From Octopus sinensis (taxonomy: Eukaryota), in assembly GCF_006345805.1 (NCBI RefSeq), contig NW_021831996.1, positions 1-62,713 on the forward strand: DNA of 62,713 bases, written 5' to 3'. The position numbers and the translations under genes were made by a program. Under the pieces are notes generated by a model that worked only from the letters and a program-made list of their open reading frames with translations, was not told the origin of the DNA and did not search any database. Shown piece by piece: positions 25,146 through 37,800 of this stretch; the stretch's first letter is position 1; each line of letters begins with the position of its first letter.

Positions 25146-26710
25146 TTATCATCATCATTATAATAGATAGAATTATTATTTTTACTATCATCGCCATCTT
25201 TACTATCATCGCCATCTTCTGTTATTATGACCATAATCAATATTAGTAGAAGTCACAACAATACCAACAGTAACCGCCGCCACCGCAGCAGCAGCAGTAG
25301 CAACAGCAGCAGCAGTAGTAGTAGTAGTAGTTTGTCTTTTAATGAATGACATGTTTGCCTAACGATATCACAGAGCGTGACGGTAACAAATGACGCGAAA
25401 TAAAAGACTTTAGATGGCTATTTTCATTTCCATAGAGGATTAAAAGACAGGAAAGAAATAATAAAAAAATAAAGCCCTTTCCATTAAGAACACTGTTTTC
25501 ACTCAGTCTCTTTTCTTTCTCTCTTTCTTTTTTTCTCTTTCTCTTTCTCTCTCCCTCTCTCTTTCTTTTTGTTCCAACTACTCCCACCAGCACTTTCCGA
25601 CGTATCTTATTTCAAGAGTTCTTCCTATTATTTATTTAGCATGCAATGCCGATGGCGAAACGGTAATGAATCATACGGCCATCGCCAGCTCGATACCAAT
25701 GCTAAATGTATTCTTCTATGTAATACATTTTTTACAGAAAACTTGAAAATTGATATATATCTTTTGTAGAAATATTCGCTTCCTGCTTTACTTTTTTTCC
25801 GTTACCTTTTTGATATCGGATATTATTTTAATAAATATTTTGTTTAAATTTCGTTTTAAATTGTTTAAACGTTTCATTTCTTCAAATAAAAGTGAAAAAC
25901 CCCGCATAATTGATTTCCCACGTTAGCAATTTACTCAAAAGACCTCAAACAAACATGTGACAGCTACAGAGGATCGCCTTCTTTGCGTGACTAGTGCTTA
26001 TTTTAATTGGATCGTCTCCATTGCATGATTAGTGCTTATTTTAGCCAACCATCCGCCCATCATTTAACCATAATCAGTTCTCAACAGGGAGGTGCAAGCA
26101 AGCAAACGGTTGCCCATCATCTGCCCATCGTCTGCTTAAAATATAGACACGTCCTTTTAATCACAGGCTACTCGTTAGTTTTTAAATTTTCTGTTATTTA
26201 ACTAACATCCTACTGATTGCCCAATGATCACCGACACTTAGTTCTAATATCTTCGAACTCTTCAATGCAATTTGACCAAAATTGGTTGCTGCCGCACTTT
26301 TGCTGTTTCTTTGCGAGTAAGTATGCGTTGCTCATTCATTTTTAATCATTCTCAAAATATTCTTAAACAAACTACAGTTAAGAATTGAACAACTGTGTCA
26401 TTTATGTACTCTAAACCTTTTGCCGCAATCACACATTTTATGTTAAAACGTTTGTACAGATTTATATACTTATTAATATTTTTTCTAAAAGTGTCGATGC
26501 TACTTGCAACCTCTTAAATAGTTATTGACTCTTGAAGAGGCTGCAAGTAGCAACGAAAATTTTAGAATAAATAAATAAATAAGTGGAAATCGAACTGGCG
26601 ACTGTATAAATTAATAAGGCATTAAAATAGAATGACTCTCCCCAGACACAATAAACTATGCTTCAACACACGAATTCACATAAAGAATCTTGCAAATCCA
26701 ATACAAAAAC

Positions 26711-26753
<43 letters not shown>

Positions 26754-27134
26754 CTGTCATTTAAGCTTGCTTCCCTGCCACATGATTCCGGGTTCCCTCC
26801 CATCGCATGGAAGCATGAGCAAGGATCTTTTTCTTTAGGCTCGCGCCGACGAAAGCCTTCTAAGTGGGTTTGGTAGGCAAAAACTGAAACAAGCCCGTCG
26901 TGTGTGTGTTTGTATGTGTGTGTGTGCGCGCGCGCGTTCGTACGTGCGGGCATGCGTGTGTGTGAGAGAGAGTGTGTGTGTGTGCGTGTGTGTGTGTCTG
27001 TCAGTGTTATTATGTCTGTGTTTGTCCACCACCACCGCTTGACTAAAAATTCTTCAAGGCTATGCCCCAGCATGGCCGCAGTCGAATGATTGAAACAAGC
27101 AAATATATATGTATGTGTATGTGAGTGTGTGTAT

Positions 27135-27609
27135 AAGAAAAATAAGAAAACAGATAAATCAATTAATAATTATTTATTAATTAAAACAATAGACATAATC
27201 TCTGACAGCTGTTTCAATTCAAACTTTAGAAATTATAATAAATAAAACGTTACTAAGTTGAATCTCGTCGGAGGTAGAAAAAAGATATACCATTACATTT
27301 TTGTATTTTTATGTGGCAAGTGTACGGAGCGTAGCCACTAACTGAGTATTGTTTTATAGAAAGAACATGGTATAAACCTTATGAAGGGGAGAAAGGTAGT
27401 ATGTTTAGAGAAGATGGTGTAAAAAATATTTTAAATTTTTCTATACTATCTTCTCTAAACATACTACCATTCCCCCCTTTATAAGGTTTATACTATGTTC
27501 TTTCTCTAAAACAATACTCAGTACACTTACCACATAAAAATACAAAAATGTAATGGTATATCTTTTTTCTACCTCCGATGAGATTCAACTCTGTTTTCTT
27601 ATTTTTCTT
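27135..27609. mobile_element. Fold-back element with HHR-derived arms
   Basis: Inner arms ~27256-27421 / 27444-27590. Outer 20-bp match AAGAAAAATAAGAAAACAGA / TCTGTTTTCTTATTTTTCTT. The right arm lacks ~100 bp. Confidence 0.85.
27200..27275 (-). ncRNA. Degenerate type I hammerhead (H4, C4 variant)
   Basis: CCGACGA, stem II GATTCAA/TTGAATT, GAAA, palindrome ACAGCTGT, GUC; stem I weak. Confidence 0.5.
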
Positions 27610-27782
27610 CAATAAATATACATCTCGGTTTATCTAATTACCTTATTTTTGAATATGAAATATAGTATCCAAAATAAATCATAGATAACAAATACAATAT
27701 TTGAAATAAATAATAAATAATAATATTATCCCTTAATGCGGTGTTTAAACTTTAACTGAAATATATTAGATATATATATATA

Positions 27783-27849
<67 letters not shown>

Positions 27850-27986
27850 TCAATAATGGTGGGGTTGTGTTGACCGCACGTGGAGAAATGATAAGTAAGA
27901 AAATTTTTTTTTAAAAAAAAACAGAATGCTCAAATGAAAGAAAATTTTAATAAAATGAGAAAATGAATAAAAATAAATATAATATT

Positions 27987-28026
27987 TATTCAACCGTTTT
28001 CGTCATTGTATGACTTGTCAAGAATA
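27987..28026 (-). ncRNA. Minimal hammerhead, U3:A8 variant (3' pLTR)
   Basis: TATTC TTGACAA GTCAT-ACA-ATGAC GAAAAC G GTT GAATA. Confidence 0.65.
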
Positions 28027-28651
28027 TTTATGTTTTAAGAAGTTATTTTAAAAATTAGAAATGTGAAGAAAAGAAAATGCATTGTTTTTTGTAAAAGAAT
28101 AATGATAAAAATGTACAAAAATTAAAAAATAAGTTCTCCGATACATTGTGAGTTCGTTGTGTATCTTGAGTTTTATGGTTGTTTACCAAAAATTACCTTG
28201 AGGTGTTGATCCAAGGATTAAGAGCATGTGATGTGTTGTGTTGTTAAATTCAGCATGTTGCAGGACAGGAAGTAGTAGTAATTGTGGTACTGGTTCTTCA
28301 GTTCCTGTGTTGTGGGTAAGGGGAGACAACTCTTTTGAGTTCTTCAATAAAACCCAAATTATAAAACTATCATTTTAGCTTCATTTGCATTATCTTTTTA
28401 TATAATTGCTTGTTAACTTAACTTTCAGATTTTAACACTTTATTTATATTATTTTCTAATAATATAAATCTGCATAGACAATTGCATTTCAAATTGTCAT
28501 ATCATTTATAATAAAAATGATAGTAATAACAACAATAGTAAAAATGATATTTAAAGAATATAAGTTTTAGCTTGAAGTGATGAATGCATGGTATCTTTAT
28601 ATATTTGTGTTAGTCCATCCATGAAGAGTGAGGTAGAGAAAGGAAGTTTGA

Positions 28652-31600
28652 TCAACGAGGAGTTTGCATATTAAGTTGTGTTTGGAATTTTTCAATAAAG
28701 AGATTCTCCTTGTTAATTCTCTCCTGTGTGGTGATCCCGTCTTTACATTGGTAGAAGGGGAATATATAGAATTTGGGGTTTAAGTCTTTAGCACATGAGT
28801 CTAAGTGGTCACTCAGTGGAATTTGTCGGTATCCGGAAGGTTTATTTGTTCTTATGTTTTTCACCGTTACTCGTTTACGTAACGGAGACTCGTTTGTCCA
28901 ACATAATTTGTTTGGCACCAGCGCATGTGAGAACGTAGATAAGGTTCTCGGAGGAACAGGAGAAGTTAGTCTTGATTTTAAACTTCGTACCTTGTTTGAA
29001 GGTAATTCAGAGCCTTCAAGTAGAAGGGGCAGGTACCACAGTTTGAGCGTGCACATTTTTTTACTGTTGGGGGTGGATGTGGTGTGTGAAGTTTGGCATT
29101 TGTCAAGAGTTTTTTTAAAGATTTGTGTTGCCTTTTGCATTTGAGGATTTTGTGTGTATTTATAATTTTTTCATTTTTGGGTCTGTTGACAGTAGACTGA
29201 GGTTTTGTATGATTGTGGTGTATTGCTTCGATATTTTTGGGGTTGTGGGTGGAAATGTATGGAAGTATTTTGAGGTTGTGTGTGGTGTTAGGTTGGGTGG
29301 TTTTCAGTGTAGTGTTGTCTAGTTCTTTGGCGCGTTTTATTCCATACTCTATAAGGGTGGAGGGATATTGACGTTGTAATAGTGTTTTTTTGAGGTCTTG
29401 AAGGCGTATTTCTCGTGTTTTTGGATCCGAGACAATGGTGCATACCCTTTTAGGCTAAATTGAAAGGGATATTTGTCTTGGTGTGTTTTGGGTGGCATGA
29501 ACTAAAGAGGAGGTATTGTTGTGAGTCTGTAGGTTTGTGGTAGATGTCTGTTATGATTTGGTTCTTAGGTGTTTTTATAATTAGGAGATCAAGAATGGGA
29601 AGATTTTGCTTAATTCCATAGTGGATGGATGTTGGGATGTTGTTGTTTAGTATGGTTTTGAATTCCAGGATTTTTTCATAAGGTTCTTTCCATATGATGA
29701 AACAATCATCTAAATACCTTTTCCAGTTTTCCATTAGGTAGGTGTGGAAAACATGTCCAAATTTCTGGCTTGATATTTCATAGAGTGACAGTTCGAAGTA
29801 ACCCATTATGAGGTTCGCAAGGACTGGTGCAGCCTTGGTACCCATCGCAATGCCACATTTTTGACGTAGTGTGTGTGTCGTCGAAGAGAAAAAAATTGTT
29901 TGTCAGAATGAACTTAAGAGATTCTGTAATAAAAGACTTGTTAATGCGGTCAGGGAATGTCTCTGGTGTTTTTCTAGCCAGAAGTCAATTGCCTCTATAC
30001 CATACTCGTGTGGAATGTTGGTGTAGAGGTTGATGACATCAAAGGATACCAGGAGTGCCTCCTCGTTAACTGTTTTCGGGAGGTGTTGAGCATGTCCAGA
30101 TCATCCCTAATGAAACTTTTGATGTGGGTAAGGAAAGGTTTCAAAAGGATGTCTAGGAAGTTACTCAGGCGGTGTGTTTCACAGGAGGTACCCGCCACGA
30201 TGGGCCTTAGTTTTAGGTCCTCCGGTGCTTTGTGTTGATGTGGATGTCAGTGGAGAGTTTGCAGGCTTCGGTGATGTATTTGTTTTTATGGATTTTAGGA
30301 AGGCCATAAAAAAGGCTGGGCTTGCATTTGAAAATGTGATATATCCCTTTCTTTTTCTGAGGTCCCTGACCGTGTTGGCGTATGAGTGTGGTGAGGTTTC
30401 TGATTGTTTTTTGCTGTTTGTAGTGTTAATAACCTCATAGAAAATGTTATTGTTAAGCATGGAGAACACTAGGTGTTTATAAAATTCCGTGTCCATAAGG
30501 ACCACAGCACTCCCCTTGTCCGCTTCTTTGATGGTGAGTTTTTATCCAGTGTATGTCACGTAGGTTTTCCCATTCTTCCTTACTGAAATTGGATTTTACC
30601 TTGGTTTTGCTTGGGGTAAAGGGGAGACTCTGGATGTGTTTACAGAAATCGTCCAGTGTTTTATTTCTCCCTTTTGGTGGTAGGAAGTTGCTTTTATTCT
30701 GATCAATGAATCGTCCCCATTGTTGATATCTGTCAAAGCTTCTGTTAGGCGAAGTTTTCTGCAGAATTCAGAAACGTCATCCTTGACCTCCGGGGGTTGG
30801 GTGTCTTGGGGTGGGTGTGAATTTCAAACTCTTGTCTTGATTGTGATGTTGATTTGTTGGTGTCAGTGTTTTGCTGGAGAGATTTATAATTTTTGTTTTC
30901 TTATTTTGGGTCTGTGTTAGCGGTGGTGTTTGTATTTTTCCCCTCTGTCTAAAAAATGGTTGTTGAGGTAAGGGGTGTATTCTTTGTTAAAGTTCTGGTT
31001 GTATGTGTAGGAGTGTTTTTGGATGGGGAGGTTGGAGGGGGTAGGTAGTTGTCGTATTTGTGTTGGTATGGGATGCGATGGTGTAAGGATTTGTGAGAAA
31101 TGCGATGGGTTTGTGGGTGTGTGACTGGTAGATTGTATGGGGGGATGTAGGGGGGTATGTATTGTGGTGATTGGGTTCGTGTGGGATGTGAGGGTTTGGA
31201 GATCTGTAGGAGATGTGTAGGAATGTGGTTGTTGGATGGGTGGACTATAGGGGTTTCGTTGGGTGGGTCTTATATGTATCGGTGTGGGTAGGATGCCTTG
31301 TTTGTTATTAGTGTGAAGGAGGGGAGCCTTGAGGGGGGGATAATTTCTAGTGTATGGGAGGTTCTTGAAGGTTCTAATCGGTGGGGGAGGGGTGTTAGAG
31401 TGATTGGAAAACCAGGTTTTGTGGTGGGTCTTGTTTGAGATGTTTCGGGGGGGAAAAGGTTTTTTATATGGTTGGGGGAGGTTGTGTCCTGTTAGGAGGG
31501 GGTTTGGAGAGTATGTGTATTTGAGGTGCGGTTTGGAATGGTGTTTATGGGGTACAGTGGAAGTCTGTGTTGTGGGTACTTTTATGAATGGGTTTTTGGA

Positions 31601-32403
31601 TTTATGGTTTAATATGAATTGTGTTTCATAGTTGAGGAAGAAATCTTTGTTGTTTTCCCAGCGTTTGAGGGAGGTTCGTTCTTCCTTTTCACATTCATCT
31701 TTCCATAGTTTAATAACAAGTTCGAGGGGCTGTTCGTTGTGTGTGAGGTTAGTTCTAGAAGTATCTCATCGTCTATTTTTGTGTATTTTTGTTCGTGGTT
31801 TTGTGCTCTGAGTTTTAGAAGTTCTACTTCGGTTTTCATTTTTTCCAATGTTAGTTTTTCTCTTAGGGAGCGTTGTTTTTCAGGTTCGTCTGGGATGTGT
31901 TTGATTTGGAATTTTCGGGGTAGTATGATAGGGGAGGAGTTTAACCATTTGTCGTAAATTTCAGCTTTGTTTTGGTTTTTGAGCATGTTCCAGAAGAGAA
32001 GTTTTCTGTTGTGTAGTTTCTTAGTCCAAGTAGTGATGATCTGGTTTTTAATGCGTTGTGCTGGGGTTGAAATGTGTTCTTTCTGTGTGTTGGGTGGTGT
32101 CTGAGGTCTCTTCGGCGTTGAATTGGTAAGTAGAGTTTTCAGTGTAGTGTTGATTTCATTTAGGTTTACATCTATCTTATCCGAAAGTAGTTTTCAGTGT
32201 AGTGTTGATTTCGTTTGGTTTACATCAATTTTATCCGAAAGTTGTTGATGATGGTTGTTTCTGAGTTGTTCCCGGGATTGAAGGAGAAGTTCGTCAATTT
32301 TTTTGGAGAATGTAAGTAGATGTGTATTGAGTACTTTGAGTTCTTTTAGAATGGTCTTATTGGTGACTGTCTCTGTAAGAGTGCTCTTGTTTTTCGGAGG
32401 CAT
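28652..32403 (-). pseudogene. PLE polyprotein: N-terminal domain, RT, Zn-knuckle-like linker, GIY-YIG (frameshifted as given)
   Basis: MPPKNKS start; MGTKAAPVLANL; WKRYLDDCFIIW; SCHPKHTK.NIPFNLA; CARSNCGTC; NLIYVLTCAGCQHNYVGQT..RKRVTVH (intact in the 33332-33628 copy). Confidence 0.9.
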
Positions 32404-32571
32404 TCTGAATCACACGTGTGGTAGAGGGTACAGATCAATAAATGGTGGGGTTGTGTTGACCGCACGTGGAGAAATGATAAGTAAGGAAAAATTTTTTTAA
32501 AAAAACAGAATGCTCAAATGAAAGAAAATTTTAATAAAATGAGAAAATGATAAAATATATAAATATATATT

Positions 32572-32612
32572 TATTCAACCGGTTTTCGTCATTGTATGAC
32601 TTGTCAAGAATA
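32572..32612 (-). ncRNA. Minimal hammerhead, U3:A8 variant (5' pLTR)
   Basis: TATTC TTGACAA GTCAT-ACA-ATGAC GAAAACCGGTT GAATA. Confidence 0.7.
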
Positions 32613-34191
32613 TTTATGTTTTAAGAAGTTATTTTAAAAATTAGAAATGTGAAGAAAAGAAAATTGCATTGTTTTTTGTAAAAGAATAATGATAAAAATG
32701 TACAAAAATTAAAAAATAAGTTCTCCGATACATTGTGAGTTCGTTGTGTATCTTGAGTTTTATGGTTGTTTACCAAAAAATTACCTTGAGGTGTTAAGAT
32801 CCAAAGGGATTAAGAGCATGTATGTGTTGTGTTGTTAAATTCAGCATGTTGCAGGACAGGAAGTAGTAGTAATTGTGGTCCTGGTTCTTCAGTTCCTGTG
32901 TTGTGGGTAAGGGGAGACAACTCTTTTGAGTTCTTCAATAAAACCCAAATTATAAAACTATCATTTTAGCTTCATTTGCATTATCTTTTTTATATAATTG
33001 CTTGTTAACTTAACTTTCAGATTTTAACACTTTATTTATATTATTTTCTAATAATATAAATCTGCTAGACAATTGCATTTCAAATTGTCATATCATTTAT
33101 AATAAAAATGATAGTAATAACAACAATAGTAAAAATGATATTTAAAGAATATAAGTTTTAGCTTGAAGTGATGAATGCATGGTATCTTTATATATTTGTG
33201 TTAGTCCATCCATGAAGAGTGAGGTAGAGAAAGAAGTTTGATCAACGAGGAGTTTGCATATTAAGTTGTGTTGGAATTTTTCAATAAAGAGATTCTCCTT
33301 GTTAATTCTCTCCTGTGTGGTGATCCCGTCTTTACATTGGTAGAAGGGGAATATATAATTTTGGGTTTAAGTCTTTAGCACATGAGTCTAAGTGGTCACT
33401 CAGTGGAATTTGTCGGTATTCCGGAAGGTTTATTTGTTCTTTATGCACCGTTACTCGTTTACGTAACGGGAGACTCGTTTGTCCAACATAATTATGTTGG
33501 CAACCAGCGCATGTGAGAACGTAGATAAGGTTCTCGGAGGAACAGGAGAAGTTAGTCTTGATTTTAAACTTCGTACCTTGTTTGAAGGTAAATTCAAGGT
33601 AACACAAATATATAAAGATACCATGCATTCATCACTTCAAGCTAAAACTTATATTCTTTAAATATCATTTTTACTATTGTTGTTATTACTATCATTTTTA
33701 TTATAAATGATATGACAATTTGAAATGCAATTGTCTATGCAGATTTATATTATTAGAAAATAATATAAATAAAGTGTTAAAATCTGAAAGTTAAGTTAAC
33801 AAGCAATTATATAAAAAAGATAATGCAAATGAAGCTAAAATGATAGTTTTATAATTTGGGTTTTATTGAAGAACTCAAAAGAGTTGTCTCCCCTTACCCA
33901 CAACACAGGAACTGAAGAACCAGGACCACATTACTACTACTTCCTGTCCTGCAACATGCTGAATTTAACAACACAACACATCACATGCTCTTAATCCCTT
34001 TGGATCTTAACACCTCAAGGTAATTTTTTGGTAAACAACCATAAAACTCAAGATACACAACGAACTCACAATGTATCGGAGAACTTATTTTTTAATTTTT
34101 GTACATTTTTATCATTATTCTTTTACAAAAAACAATGCAATTTTCTTTTCTTCACATTTCTAATTTTTAAAATAACTTCTTAAAACATAAA

Positions 34192-34232
34192 TATTCTTGA
34201 CAAGTCATACAATGACGAAAACCGGTTGAATA
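34192..34232 (+). ncRNA. Minimal hammerhead, U3:A8 variant (inverted pLTR)
   Basis: Same motif on the plus strand; palindromic stem III (A)ACCGGT(T). Confidence 0.7.
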
Positions 34233-34320
34233 AATATATATTTATATATTTTATCATTTTCTCATTTTATTAAAATTTTCTTTCATTTGAGCATTCTGTT
34301 TTTTTAAAAAAATTTTTCCT

Positions 34321-34411
<91 letters not shown>

Positions 34412-34413
34412 GA

Positions 34414-34444
<31 letters not shown>

Positions 34445-34766
34445 TATTATATATACATACATACATGCATATACATATGAATTAAGAAATCAATTCAAAC
34501 GGTGTTATTCAAATCATTTATAATTCCAACATATGTTTTGAAGATAGCATTGAGATTATTCCAGAGGAATAAAAATGATGTAAAACAATGCATTATCTCG
34601 TCAGGGAAGAAAGAAACAAAACACATCAATAAACCATTTTAACCGAAAGTGATCACCGCGTATATGATGAAGGGGAACGCTAGCAAGTTATTAAAAAAAC
34701 CGTCATTGGATTTATTGTCAAAGGTAATTTAGAGAAAGAGAAGGAGAAAGAAAGAAATTAACTGAA

Positions 34767-35170
34767 AGGAGTCGCTGTGTGGTAAGTAGCTTGTTTACCA
34801 ACCACATGCTTCCGGGTTCAGTCCCACTGCGTGGCATCTTGGGCAAGTGTCTTCTACTATAGCCTCGGGCCGACCAAAGCCTTGTGAGTGGATTTGGTAG
34901 ACGGAAACTGAAAGAAGCCCGTCGTATATATGTATATATATATATATATATGCGTGTGTGTGTTTGTCCCCCTAGCATTGCTTGACAACCGATGCTGGTG
35001 TGTTTATGTCCCCGTTACTTAGCGGTTCGGCAAAAGAGACCGATATAATAAGTACTGGGCTTACAAAAGAATAAGTCCCGGGGTCGAGTTGCTCGAATGA
35101 ATGCGGTGCTCCAGCATGGCCGCAGTCAAATGACTGAAACAAGTAAAAGAGTAAAAGAGTAAAAAGAGTA
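34767..35170 (+). mobile_element. SINE family B, full length
   Basis: Present in the left arm, absent from the right arm. Confidence 0.9.
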
Positions 35171-37195
35171 GAAAGATATAGTGTGATAGATGAATGAGAA
35201 TAAAGTTTAAAAGCGTGGAAATAGATATATGTAGCGGAAAGGAAATGTAAGAAGACAGTTAAAGGTTGAATTTTATAGATTGGTAGAAATTACTTATAGG
35301 AACTAAAAGTATGGTTTTGCCAATGTTTACAACGATAAACGCGTTCTTTAAACGTGTTTACAACAGTATTCTCCAAGAAAAAGTTGATAAATTGCTCTTC
35401 GTTACAGAGCGGGCAAAAATGATTTACCTTTTTCATATGGGAAAGATCTAGATAGAACTTTCCATTCCAAGACGAATTGTTTATAATGTTCCTTTAGAGA
35501 CTAAATTAAGTTACTAAACCCTGTATTGTTGCGTTTATTGATATGTCTAAATTAGAGTAATGGTTAGATATTCTTTTCGACAACTGAGACGATGAGCTAC
35601 CTATATAAAAAAGACATCAGAACCGGAAGTAATTTTACATTGATAAACAGAGTTTCTAGTCTTAGAATTGCTGCTAAGGAAACGAATAGAATTCGAATTT
35701 ATTTCAGAACTATTAATATTGTGGTTATTATTGTTCAAAGAATGGTTAGCGTTAATAGTGTCACTGTTATTATTTTCATTAAGTGGATTTGTATTTAACA
35801 ACTTATTGTTATGCGAAGAAATGATTTGTGAAAGGTTTTTGGTGTTTAAAAAAACCTATCCTAATTCAGTGTGAATTGATAACAGAATGGTATCTGGAAT
35901 CTTTTCAAAACTTCGTATCTATAGTTTCACGAAACTAGTGATGTTGGATTTGATCTGATTTTCATATGGAATGATCAGCCAAACTGTTTTACTGGGACAC
36001 ACATTGTTATTAGGGTAATTATCTTTAAAAGTCCTATACTTATCTTTATTACATATCAAAGGATATAAAGAACGGTTATCTCCCTTACACTGCAAATTTG
36101 CATTTTTCGATTTAGTGTTGTTATTCGAAATAAAATTTATATTGTTATTTCCGTTATGATGTGTTTTCACATAGAGGCAGAATTAATGTCAATAGGGTTA
36201 ATATAGGTAATTGTTTTCTTTATGGCCTGCTTTAAGTAAGGCAGAGTTATAAAATTCGGCTTTATCGTTGAATGTATCTATAGAAAGTCTAAATGAAATA
36301 TTTCTAGCTAAGTTCCTAGTAATAGCCTTCGGATGATTACTGAAAGAGCTAATATATTTTAAATTAGTTGAGAGTTTATGGTATGAGAAATATGAATCAT
36401 TATATAAGTTAATGGTAATATCCAAAAAGTTAGTTAAATCATCATCGAAAATAATGTTTAAGCCCATGTTTCGGAAAAATTTAACCAACCTATTTTTAAC
36501 ACTTTGTAATTATTGGTTAGAAACATTTTGAAGGTAGAGTAGACAATTATCACGATATAAATCTCCATTGATGTTTGGGAATTGGCTGATTTGGTCGGTA
36601 TATATATCCTCAGTTATCGAAAAGAATATCAAACCATTACTCTACATTTAGACATGTCAATAAACGCAACAATACAGAGTTTAGTAAATTAATTTGGTCT
36701 CTAAAGGATCATTATAAACAATTCGACTTGGAATGGAAAGTTCTATCTAGATCTTTCCCATATGAAAAAGGTAAATCATTTTGCCCGCTCTGTAACGAAG
36801 AGCAATTTCTCATCCTTTTCTTGGAGAATACTGTTGTAAACACGTTTAAAGAACGCGTTTATCGTTGTAAACATTGGCAAAACCATACTTTTAGATCCTA
36901 TAAGTAATTTCTACCAATCTATAAAATTCGACCTTTAACTGTCTTCTTACATTTCATTTCCGCTACATATATCTATTTCCACGCTTTTAAACTTTATCCC
37001 CATTCATCTATCACACTATATCTTTCTACTCATAATTTTCTGTTAATTTCTTTCTTTCTCCTTCTCTTTCTCTAAATTACCTTTGACAATAAATCCAATG
37101 ACGGTTTTTTTAATAACTTGCTAGAGTTCCCCTTCATCATATACGCGGTGATCACTTTCGGTTAAAATGGTTTATTGATGTGTTTTGTTTCTTTC

Positions 37196-37282
37196 TTCCC
37201 TGACGAGATAATTGCATTGTTTTACATCATTTTTATTCCCTCTGGAATAATCTCAATGCTATCTTCAAAACATATGTTGGAA
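37196..37282 (+). ncRNA. Degenerate hammerhead (H6); mirror copy at 34524-34608 (-)
   Basis: TTCC/GGAA stem I, CTGACGA, GATA..GCATTG/CAATGC.TATC, then TTC AAAAC ATAT GTT. G12 is replaced by A. Confidence 0.45.
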
Positions 37283-37492
37283 TTATAAATGATTTGAATA
37301 ACACCTGCGTTTGACTCCATTTCTTAATTTACTCATGTTATACACAAACATTTCACTTAACTCTGGAATTCCTACCTTTGTAAGTAGGCTGAAATATCCT
37401 TGGCACCTATGTGAAGTTTTGCTGCCCTGGTATCTATTTATTTTTTCCATATTTGTTCACGTTGAAAAAATACACATATATTTACACGTACT

Positions 37493-37551
<59 letters not shown>

Positions 37552-37740
37552 CATATACATATACATATACATAACATATGTATATGTATATGTATATATA
37601 TAGTTAATTGCTAACATTTATTGCATTCACTAGTACGATAGAATAACTTTGGCCCATCCAATTATTTCCTTCTGATATTCTTCATAAATTTTAATTGTAT
37701 TAGTCGGGATAGTGATATAAATTCATGTTAACAGTTTCAA

Positions 37741-37800
<60 letters not shown>

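Larger units (their letters stand above)
27847..34324 (-). mobile_element. Near full-length Penelope-like element (Neptune-like) with tandem and inverted pLTRs, in (TA)n
   Basis: Direct repeat 27847-29009 / 32432-33596; inverted copy 33600-34324 of 32480-33203; long frameshifted ORF. Confidence 0.95.
34480..37329 (-). mobile_element. Decayed PLE with inverted terminal arms
   Basis: Arms ~34480-35550 (SINE B inserted 34767-35170) and ~36640-37329. Minus-strand RT remnants LYRDN, NFLDITINL, SNHP. Plus-strand GIY-YIG end FSKLIWSLK..WKVL..CPLC..CKH at 36640-36907. Confidence 0.85.
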
